IMG/VR virus record: IMGVR_UViG_3300002132_000029
From: a virus
Length of the DNA stretch: 46,739 nt
Reading direction: 5' to 3' (one strand)
A program made the translations under genes and the position numbers. The notes beneath the pieces were generated by a model, which was not told where the DNA came from, made no database searches, and saw nothing but the letters and a program-made list of their open reading frames with translations. Every line of letters starts with the position of its first letter. Position 1 is the first letter of the stretch. This document shows, piece after piece, positions 32,486-39,322 of the stretch.

Positions 32486-32634
32486 CGGCGGTGTCTCCTG
32501 TTTCACTTTATGATTCGGTTCTAGCATTTTCCACTGGCGGGGGTCAAGCCTTAATTTCCATCGGAGGGGTCATTTTCCATCGGTGGGGTATAGCTCTCAT
32601 TTTCCACTGGTGGGGTCTCATTTTCCATCGGTGG
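32476..32634 (-). repeat. Six copies of a 16-nt motif CC[AGT]CC[AG][AG]TGGAAA[AT]T[GA] (minus-strand reading)
   Basis: Copies (plus-strand coordinates) at 32476-32491, 32525-32540, 32552-32567, 32571-32586, 32598-32613 and 32619-32634. A seventh, related copy lies at 32230-32243. Confidence 0.85.
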
Positions 32635-32693
32635 GGTACCGTTGCCGATTCGTTCTGGTTTCATGATTCGTTCCTGATTCGTTCCAGACGATT

Positions 32694-32920
32694 GAATCTT
32701 GCGGGAATCACCCTGATTCTTGTAATAATCTTGCGAGACAGAATCTTGCGGGAATCGGGGGGATTCTTGTAATAATCTTGCTTGTAACAATATTGCTGAA
32801 AATTCGGTTTTTACGCAAGAATCTATTACGCAAGAATCTTGCTCAAAACTAGGGTTTTTACGCAATAATCTATCACGCAAGAATCTTGCGTTAAATCTGG
32901 TATTTTGGCAATAATCTATC
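32694..32920. repeat. Array with about 47-bp periodicity built from AATCTTGCG / CGCAAGAAT elements, including perfect palindromes
   Basis: 47-bp units at 32694-32740 and 32741-32788. 15-mers T[TC]ACGCAA[GT]AATCT[AT] at 32811, 32826, 32858 and 32873, plus a degenerate copy near 32904. 17-bp palindrome ACGCAAGAATCTTGCGT at 32875-32891. Confidence 0.85.
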
Positions 32921-33080
32921 GAGCAACAAAATTGCTTAAAGTAGGTCATTCGTGAAATATTCTTTCCCGTTAAAATTAGCTATGATTCGGATTTTGGCAT
33001 AACCGCAAGGAATCGTGACAAGTGCTATTATTGCATGGCTGTCATGCAGTTTTTGCATAGCTGATTCGGCATGACTCTAC

Positions 33081-33109
33081 AGAATATCAAAAAAAATTGA
33101 GACTGACAA
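33081..33109 (-). promoter_or_regulatory. Sigma-70-type early leftward promoter candidate
   Basis: The minus strand reads TTGTCA-17 nt-TATTCT with TG at the extended -10 position and a T8 tract in the spacer. Confidence 0.5.
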
Positions 33110-33169
33110 CCCAGAAAATTATTTTTATTTTGCCTATAATACGATTTTATTGCATTTTATGGGTTGACA

Positions 33170-33246
33170 CCCGTACAGCCCAACGAATCGTTTTTATGGG
33201 TTAAGGTATCCAAAAACACTAACGGGCTTGTACGGGCCTTTTTAGG
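33170..33246 (+). promoter_or_regulatory. Long imperfect inverted repeat followed by a T-tract (structured element or terminator-like)
   Basis: CCCGTACAGCCC 33170-33181 pairs with GGGCTTGTACGGG 33224-33236, followed by CCTTTTT. The loop contains the palindrome AACGAATCGTT. TTGACA lies just upstream at 33164. Confidence 0.4.
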
Positions 33247-33391
33247 CGGTTTTAGGGCTATTCGGCCTTACTATATACTAGGCGAAAATAAATTGTATTT
33301 TAGGCGGTTTTTATGCGTTTTTTACTTGCGACTCACCTAAGACTCCTATTTACTCAATATAAGATAACAACAAACACAAGGAATTAAGACA

Positions 33392-33532
33392 ATGACAAAT
33401 AGAGAAATACGCCGCTATAACGCAAAAAACCGTCAAGGCTATACTTGGAATCAAACTGTATTCTTTCATCTGGCAATGGGCGCTTTGGTAGGGCTTATCC
33501 CTTTTGCTATTGCCTTAATCTTAACATTTTAG
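33392..33532 (+). CDS. Tiny membrane protein (46 aa, below the track cutoff)
   Basis: AAGGA RBS. MTNREIRRYNAKNRQGYTWNQTVFFHLAMGALVGLIPFAIALILTF has one C-terminal TM segment. Confidence 0.45.
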   Translation: MTNREIRRYNAKNRQGYTWNQTVFFHLAMGALVGLIPFAIALILTF

Positions 33533-33542
33533 GAATCGAACA

Positions 33543-33719
33543 ATGATTAAATCAATTTTAGCATACACAACAAATATCGCATTTTTAGCCTTATTCTTTT
33601 ATTGCTTAGTTATGGGTGGTTTTTTAAGCCTATGGGCTGACAAGAGCGGAATCGGTATCCAATTAAACGGAATAGGCGGCCTATATCAAGAGTTTGATAC
33701 AACAGAGGGAGATTTTTAA
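33543..33719 (+). CDS. Small membrane protein (58 aa, below the track cutoff)
   Basis: MIKSILAYTTNIAFLALFFYCLVMGGFLSLWADKSGIGIQLNGIGGLYQEFDTTEGDF. The stop lies 2 nt before the next ATG. Confidence 0.45.
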   Translation: MIKSILAYTTNIAFLALFFYCLVMGGFLSLWADKSGIGIQLNGIGGLYQEFDTTEGDF

Positions 33720-33721
33720 TT

Positions 33722-33916
33722 ATGACATATGAATTACACGAATTAAAACGGCCTGTTATGGCTTTTGATACTGTTTTAGACGCTGTTGCACAAAGCGGTT
33801 TTAAATACGACTCTAAAACCCGTAAACAAGCTGTTTTACACTTTAAAGAAAGTAATGAGCCTTTTCATATGTATTATGGCTTCCATAGTGCAACAATCTA
33901 TAAAATGGGAGCTTAA
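33722..33916 (+). CDS. Hypothetical protein
   Basis: 64-aa ORF, tightly packed with its neighbours. Confidence 0.5.
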   Translation: MTYELHELKRPVMAFDTVLDAVAQSGFKYDSKTRKQAVLHFKESNEPFHMYYGFHSATIYKMGA

Positions 33917-33920
33917 GACA

Positions 33921-34718
33921 ATGGCAATTTATAACGGATATAAAAGCAAGGCAAAAGCCCATAGATATTTGGCAAGTAAGGGCTTCAATTTTGGTAGTGC
34001 TATAAGCAAGCCCGAATCTAACCCCAAAGTCTTCAAGAACCAATTACAAGGGGTATTATCTAGCCCGTTGCATCTAGCCCCTTGGCGCTTAAGCGGGTTT
34101 AATACTTGCGCTGATGCAAGCGAGGGTTGCAAGGAGGCTTGCCTTAATACGGCAGGGAATCCCATTTACGCTAAAGGGAAAGAAAGAGCTAGGCGGGTAA
34201 AGACTCAAGCCTATTTTAAGGCAAGAGCGGCATTTATGGCTGTTGTATGCTTTGAGTTGGAAGCCTTAGAGATAAAGGCCAAGCGGGTAAAAATGCAAGG
34301 GGCTTTTAGGCCTAATGCAACAAGTGATATTGCTTTTGAGCTTGTGGAAGTAAAAGTTAATAACACAACCTTTAGTAATATTATGGAAGCCTTCCCTAAC
34401 CTTGAATTTTATGATTATAGCAAGTCACTAAAACGGGCCTTAAAATGGGCTAAGGGCTTAATGCCGAGTAATTACCATATTACTTTTAGCAAGTCTGAAT
34501 CTAATGACGACAAGGTTGCGCAAGTATTACAAGCGGGTGGCAATGTTGCGGTTGTATTTGAGAAAGCATTACCCGCTACTTATCTAGGCAAGCAAGTTAT
34601 TAACGGTGACCTACATGATTTTAGGCCACTAGATAATAAAGGGGTTGTTGTAGGGCTAAAGGCTAAGGGCTTGGCCAAAATGGACACTTCGGGCTTTACC
34701 GTAAGGGGGGCAAACTAA
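33921..34718 (+). CDS. Cys-cluster protein of unknown function (265 aa; from memory resembles the phage GP88 'gene 88' family)
   Basis: ATG 33921 with GGGAG RBS; the track start 33786 is TTG inside the previous gene. Motifs: NTCADASEGCKEACLNTAGN, RPNATSDIAFE, FYDYSKS, INGDLHDFRPLDNKGVVVGLKAKGLAKMDTSGF. Confidence 0.65.
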   Translation: MAIYNGYKSKAKAHRYLASKGFNFGSAISKPESNPKVFKNQLQGVLSSPLHLAPWRLSGFNTCADASEGCKEACLNTAGNPIYAKGKERARRVKTQAYFKARAAFMAVVCFELEALEIKAKRVKMQGAFRPNATSDIAFELVEVKVNNTTFSNIMEAFPNLEFYDYSKSLKRALKWAKGLMPSNYHITFSKSESNDDKVAQVLQAGGNVAVVFEKALPATYLGKQVINGDLHDFRPLDNKGVVVGLKAKGLAKMDTSGFTVRGAN

Positions 34719-34719
34719 T

Positions 34720-34926
34720 ATGATTATCTTTAAATATCCAAGCAAGAAAGAGCTTAAGGCCAACATAGGCAAGCCCTTAAAGTATATTGAGACAAGCCTA
34801 TTCGGGCCAGAGTATACGCCAAACGGCTCTATAACGGGTGCTAATAGGCCACACATAACGGGTATAGGGCGGGAATTCTTTGCGGTTGTTACTATGGAAA
34901 GCGGCATTATTAAGGGAGTTAAATAA
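34720..34926 (+). CDS. Hypothetical protein
   Basis: 68-aa ORF starting 2 nt after the upstream stop. Same atypical codon usage. Confidence 0.55.
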   Translation: MIIFKYPSKKELKANIGKPLKYIETSLFGPEYTPNGSITGANRPHITGIGREFFAVVTMESGIIKGVK

Positions 34927-34928
34927 TT

Positions 34929-35069
34929 ATGCTTAATCTAATCATAACTACAAACACGGACAGGACTGTCAGAGTCTGGAATCAATCAAGACACAATGAA
35001 TGGGTGATGCTATTTGAGTCTAGCGATATGGCTTGGCAATTCATTATGACAATGGCAAGGGGGGATTGA
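34929..35069 (+). CDS. Small hypothetical protein (46 aa, below the track cutoff)
   Basis: MLNLIITTNTDRTVRVWNQSRHNEWVMLFESSDMAWQFIMTMARGD. Fills the gap between neighbouring ORFs. Confidence 0.35.
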   Translation: MLNLIITTNTDRTVRVWNQSRHNEWVMLFESSDMAWQFIMTMARGD

Positions 35070-35073
35070 TCCA

Positions 35074-35256
35074 ATGATAGACAAACTATCAAGTCTACAT
35101 GGTAAAGAGCTTTTATGTTGTGAGTTTTGCGACAAGTGGACTCCCGATTGGGTAGGCGTTGAGAACATGGAAGGAGTCTTGTGTGTAGACTGTTGCGAGG
35201 AGTCTTGTGAAGTACAAGAGACAAGAGAAGAAAGATTCTACTATCTAATAGACTAG
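35074..35256 (+). CDS. Small Cys-rich (zinc-ribbon-like) protein
   Basis: 60 aa. CCEFC ... CVDCCEESC gives two Cys clusters about 20 residues apart. Confidence 0.5.
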   Translation: MIDKLSSLHGKELLCCEFCDKWTPDWVGVENMEGVLCVDCCEESCEVQETREERFYYLID

Positions 35257-35283
35257 ACTTCGTAAAATGATTAATAGCTTAGG

Positions 35284-35318
35284 CTTATCAATGGGGCGAC
35301 TCTTGATAGGCTTTTCTT
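35284..35318 (+). terminator. Weak terminator candidate after the rightward early cassette
   Basis: CTTATCAA 35284-35291 pairs with TTGATAGG 35303-35310 (one G-U), then CTTTTCTT. The stem is AT-rich and the loop is 11 nt. Confidence 0.3.
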
Positions 35319-35461
35319 ATCAATAGCATAGGCGGAAATCCGCTTGTTATACATAGGCGAGAATCCGCCGATTGATAAAACGAATCGGTATGCCGTTATG
35401 TCTGCGCCGAGCCTATCCTAGGCAAGTAAAAACTTTAATATACGCAAGTTTTATTGCATGT

Positions 35462-35485
35462 TGTGACATTTATGCAACACATTTG
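35462..35485 (+). repeat. 24-bp direct repeat, copy 1 (TGTGACATTTATGCAACACATTTG)
   Basis: 23 of 24 positions identical to 35699-35722. Confidence 0.9.
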
Positions 35486-35698
35486 TATCATACCGAATCA
35501 ATAACAATGTGGTATTATTGTCACACTAGTACTTTATTTTCACTAGGGGGTTGATTATCTATTGACATACCTATGGGTCCCTTGGAATTATACGCCAGCG
35601 AATCAGGCGCACCCAGTACCCGTATATAAATCCAAGATAAGAAATTACTTTCCCTCTGCGACAAGGTGACGCACCTGAGTCCACCACGACAGAGGTAG

Positions 35699-35722
35699 TG
35701 TGACATTTGTGCAACACATTTG
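35699..35722 (+). repeat. 24-bp direct repeat, copy 2 (TGTGACATTTGTGCAACACATTTG)
   Basis: 23 of 24 positions identical to 35462-35485; the copies start 237 bp apart. Confidence 0.9.
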
Positions 35723-35793
35723 GAAAAAACAACAATAGACCTAAAATAAAGATTCGTTTGTTATCAACGACATATAAAATAGTTTAAAATTGG

Positions 35794-35828
35794 GTGTCTA
35801 AAACCCTAAAAAATATCCCTATAGTATA
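35794..35828 (+). promoter_or_regulatory. Conserved phage promoter-like motif P1 (GTGTCTAAAACCCTAAAAAATATCCCTATAGTATA), candidate late promoter
   Basis: Nearly identical to the reverse complement of 24087..24122. Oriented toward terS, about 345 nt downstream. Confidence 0.6.
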
Positions 35829-35839
35829 GTAAGAGACTA

Positions 35840-36116
35840 ACTTAAGTATGTACGTAAGTCATAATACATACTAGTTTATATACTACTAGTTAATAATACA
35901 TACTAGTTGAAGACATTAAGTGGTAAACTTAAGTATAGTCTTAAAGTCTTTCCTGATAGATCAACCAAGACGTACATTTCCACATACGATAGAGGTACGG
36001 GTCTTGCCGATGGTCTGGACGGAATACTATAATACAGAATACGGACTACCCACTTAAGTAGTGATACTACTAGTAGCAATTACTAGTTGTAATAAACTTA
36101 AATACAAACTTAAGTA
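35840..36116 (+). repeat. Leader region with 4 x ACTTAAGTA and at least 5 x TACTAGT palindromic motifs (candidate pac / TerS recognition or RNA leader structure)
   Basis: ACTTAAGTA at 35840, 35927, 36052 and 36108. (A)TACTAGT(T) at 35868, 35884, 35900, 36068 and 36081. AAACTTAAGTA-N-AGTCTTA occurs twice (35925, 36106). Confidence 0.8.
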
Positions 36117-36172
36117 GTAGTCTTAGGTTGTTTTGTTGTCCCCTTAAAGCGTTTACCGCAGAGTAAGTAATT

Positions 36173-36574
36173 ATGTTAGATAAACTCCCATACTCTAAAC
36201 TAGTAGAGAAGCACATCTTGGAGTGTATCCAAGGTGGCGTAGGGATACGTCAGATGATTGCATCTATGCAACACTTACAGTCAGCCCCTAAGTCTCTATC
36301 TACTATGTACAAGATATATGGTACATTCATAGAGAGTGAACGTGCTAAGATTAATGGTATGGTTGGTAAGAAAGTTATTGATCAAGCTATGGAAGGTGAC
36401 TTTAAGTCACAAGAGTTTTTCTTACGGTCTAGAGGTGGATGGTCACCTACACAGACTGTTGTAGAAGTTGAGCAAGACGTTGATCCTGATTCAGACGAGA
36501 GTGCTGTCAGTTCATTGATGGCTTTGCTAGGATTTGATAATGAACCCGATACACAGGAAGATAACCCAAAATAG
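36173..36574 (+). CDS. terS: Terminase small subunit (putative)
   Basis: 133 aa, directly upstream of and overlapping terL. Acidic C-terminal tail. Confidence 0.55.
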   Translation: MLDKLPYSKLVEKHILECIQGGVGIRQMIASMQHLQSAPKSLSTMYKIYGTFIESERAKINGMVGKKVIDQAMEGDFKSQEFFLRSRGGWSPTQTVVEVEQDVDPDSDESAVSSLMALLGFDNEPDTQEDNPK

Positions 36575-37943
36575 CAGAGCTATTACCGCTGATAGTATCC
36601 GTAAGCTACCACAAGATCAGGTAGCTACTATATTCAAGCAGTTAGGCCCAGCTAAGGTTGAAGAGTTACAACATGATTGGTTGTTCTGGGCTAGAGACGA
36701 ACAGTTAGAGCCACTAGGTAAAGACTGGAACGTATGGCTTATTAATGCTGGTCGTGGTTTCGGTAAGACCCGTGCTGGTGTTGAGTGGGTTAGAGAACAA
36801 GTTAAGCATGGACGTAAGCGTATTGCTGCTATAGCTGCTACTAACTCAGACATTGAACGTGTTATGGTTAAGGGTGAGTCTGGGTTTCTTAATCTCTGCT
36901 GGAAGGGTGATAAGACTTATGCTGGTAAGCCTATGGGCTTTCCTGATTGGTCGCCCACTAAGAGATCACTGACTTGGGAGAATGGAGCGCAAGTGCAGTT
37001 CTTCTCCGCTGAAGAACCTGAACGCTTACGTGGCCCACAGTTTGAGGCTGCTTGGTGTGATGAGTTAGCAGCTTGGAATAAAGATGATGACACTTGGGCT
37101 ATGTTGCAGTTCTGTATGAGACTTGGGAAGCACCCACGTATTACAGTTACTACTACTCCTAAGCCTACGAAGTTGATCAGACACATCCTAAAGGATCGTA
37201 AGACTTATGTCACTACAGGTTCTACTTTTGATAACGCTGCTAACCTTGCAGACACCTACCTTACTGCGGTTAAGGAACAATACGAAGGCACCCGTCTTGG
37301 TAGACAGGAACTCTACGCTGAAGTACTAGAGGAAGCTGAAGGCGCTCTCTGGAATACAGATATGCTAGATGGTGCTGCTATTAAGTATGAAGACGTACCT
37401 GACTTAACTAGGATTGTTGTCGCACTTGATCCTGCTGTCACAGCTAATAAAGAAAGTGACATGACAGGTATTGTTGTAGCTGGTATAGATGTTAATGGCA
37501 TTGCTTACGTACTAGGTGATTATACAGGTAAGATGTCCCCGCAAGGTTGGGCATCCAAAGCTATTGAATTATACCACCAATATGAAGCTGACAGGATTGT
37601 AGCTGAAGTAAACCAAGGTGGTGACATGGTTAAGACCACCATTCACGGAGAAGATGAAACCGTTCCATTCAAAGCCGTAAGGGCTTCAAGGGGTAAATAT
37701 GCTCGTGCTGAACCTATATCTGCGCTATATGAACGTGGACTTGTTAAGCACGTATCTAATCCCCCTGACGGGGCTAATCTAAACGAACTCGAAACGCAGA
37801 TGAGAACATGGGAACCATTAGGGTCAATTGGTTCACCAGATAGGCTTGATGCGATGGTATGGGCTATAACAGACCTCTCACTCAACGGTTATGCTAAACC
37901 ACAACTTAAATTAGCATATAGCAGTGCAAAAGGTTTGCGCTAG
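36534..37943 (+). CDS. terL: Terminase large subunit (GTA-like family)
   Basis: 469 aa. WLINAGRGFGKTRAGVEWV is a Walker A as in GTA-type TerL. AAWCDELAAW is a Walker B region. C-terminal nuclease-like region AEVNQGGDM ... DRLDAMVWA. Confidence 0.9.
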   Translation: MIMNPIHRKITQNSRAITADSIRKLPQDQVATIFKQLGPAKVEELQHDWLFWARDEQLEPLGKDWNVWLINAGRGFGKTRAGVEWVREQVKHGRKRIAAIAATNSDIERVMVKGESGFLNLCWKGDKTYAGKPMGFPDWSPTKRSLTWENGAQVQFFSAEEPERLRGPQFEAAWCDELAAWNKDDDTWAMLQFCMRLGKHPRITVTTTPKPTKLIRHILKDRKTYVTTGSTFDNAANLADTYLTAVKEQYEGTRLGRQELYAEVLEEAEGALWNTDMLDGAAIKYEDVPDLTRIVVALDPAVTANKESDMTGIVVAGIDVNGIAYVLGDYTGKMSPQGWASKAIELYHQYEADRIVAEVNQGGDMVKTTIHGEDETVPFKAVRASRGKYARAEPISALYERGLVKHVSNPPDGANLNELETQMRTWEPLGSIGSPDRLDAMVWAITDLSLNGYAKPQLKLAYSSAKGLR

Positions 37944-37973
37944 ATATACACTCAATATAAAGAGCAACCCAAA

Positions 37974-39320
37974 ATGGTGAAGAACCTCACAGAAGCAGAT
38001 GCTAAATCTACACTAGGTGTAGCTGGTCAAAATGTTCGTAATGGACAAATCCGTTCTGATGAGTTCCTACCCGAACTCCGTGGTCGTAAGGCCATCCGTA
38101 AATACCGTGAGATGCGAGACAACGATAGTACCATTGGTGCTGTTATGTACGCTGCTGAACAAGTACTGCGTGACGTTGAGTTAAAGGTTCATGCAGCTAA
38201 TGACAGCCCAGAAGCTGAACGTGAGCGTATGTTTGTATTAAGTGTTTTAGATGATATGGAACATACATTAGATGATCATGTTGCAGAAGCTCTATCTTCA
38301 CTTTCTTACGGGTTTGCTTGGTTTGAGGTTGTATATAAACGCCGTGTTGGGCCACAGTTTAAAAATGGTAACAAGAAGTCTAAGTACTCTGACGGACGTT
38401 TGGGAGTTCGTAAGATCGCTATACGTGCGCCTTGGACTGTTAATAAGTTTGATGTTGATCAAATAACTGGTGATGTCTTAGGTCTATACCAAGACGTTTA
38501 CGGGCCTACAGGCACTAACTACATCCCCGCTGTTAAATCCCTATATTATCGTACAACATCTATCAATGGTGATCCATCTGGTCGTTCAATCCTTCGTAAT
38601 GCTTACACTAGCTACGAGTACCTGAACAACATCCAGAACATTGAGGCCATTGCAGTTGAACGTGAACTAGCTGGTATTCCAGTTGCTCGTATTCCTGCTG
38701 AGTACCTGTCACCTGATGCTACCCCAGCACAAGCTGGCTTCGTTAATAGCCTACAGGGTATCCTTCGTGACGTTAAGTTCAACGATCAAGGGTACATCAT
38801 TCTCCCTAGCGATACCTACCCAGACAAAGATGGTTCACCGACCTCTAATCGTCTGGTAGATATTGAGCTTATGTCGTCAAGTGGAAGCAGAAACATTGAC
38901 ATTGATCCCATTGTTCGCCGCTATCAGCACGATATTGCTCGTTCCGTTCTTTCTGAGTTTCTTATGCTTGGTTCACAAGGTGGTTCTTATGCTTTGTCCA
39001 AGTCCAAGACAGACCTGTTCCTCCGTGCGTTGGAAAGTTACATCCAAGCCATCGTAGACGTTCTTAACAAACAGTTGGTCGAGCGTCTGTGGGAGTTGAA
39101 CGGTCTGAACTATGACCTGATGCCTAAGATTATAGCTGGTGATGTTGCTCCACACGATCTCCGTGAGCTTGCTTCGTTCCTACGTAATCTTAATGGTGCT
39201 GGTATTGATGTGTCGTCTCACCCAGAGGTTATCCAAGACCTTATGGACATAGCTGAACTAAACTATGATGCTTCTGTAACCACACCAACAGACCCACAAC
39301 AGCAACAAGGGGTAGAATAG
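37974..39320 (+). CDS. Portal protein
   Basis: 448 aa, immediately after terL. RKYREMRDNDSTIGAVMYAAEQVL resembles the conserved N-terminal portal motif of the Mu/DUF935-like group; the family call is uncertain. Confidence 0.8.
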   Translation: MVKNLTEADAKSTLGVAGQNVRNGQIRSDEFLPELRGRKAIRKYREMRDNDSTIGAVMYAAEQVLRDVELKVHAANDSPEAERERMFVLSVLDDMEHTLDDHVAEALSSLSYGFAWFEVVYKRRVGPQFKNGNKKSKYSDGRLGVRKIAIRAPWTVNKFDVDQITGDVLGLYQDVYGPTGTNYIPAVKSLYYRTTSINGDPSGRSILRNAYTSYEYLNNIQNIEAIAVERELAGIPVARIPAEYLSPDATPAQAGFVNSLQGILRDVKFNDQGYIILPSDTYPDKDGSPTSNRLVDIELMSSSGSRNIDIDPIVRRYQHDIARSVLSEFLMLGSQGGSYALSKSKTDLFLRALESYIQAIVDVLNKQLVERLWELNGLNYDLMPKIIAGDVAPHDLRELASFLRNLNGAGIDVSSHPEVIQDLMDIAELNYDASVTTPTDPQQQQGVE

Positions 39321-39322
39321 AT

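Noticed and set aside
32476-32920. Possible CRISPR array
   Set aside because: The repeats are 15-16 nt with irregular 19-49 nt spacing, or are 47-bp tandem units. There are no 28-37-nt repeats with unique spacers of constant size, and no cas genes.
32551-32949. 132-aa minus-strand ORF, and the 93-aa plus-strand ORF 32491..32772
   Set aside because: Both run through the iteron/palindrome arrays. The peptides are repeats of the DNA repeats (RFLRDRLLRKNP..., FHRWG...), the RBS is weak or absent, and the region is better explained as regulatory DNA. Only the last 37 codons (32551..32664, MKPERIG...PPMEN repeats) might be translated, and I do not trust even that.
35372-35706. Two roughly 60-aa ORFs (35372..35554 plus, 35521..35706 minus) in the large non-coding region
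   Set aside because: They have no Shine-Dalgarno, overlap each other and the 24-bp direct repeats and hairpins, and have odd composition (Cys/Tyr/His-rich).
35257-36172. tRNA or tmRNA gene in the long non-coding stretch
   Set aside because: I found no cloverleaf and no GTTCGAATC-type T-arm with a matching acceptor stem by eye. This should still be checked with tRNAscan-SE or Infernal.
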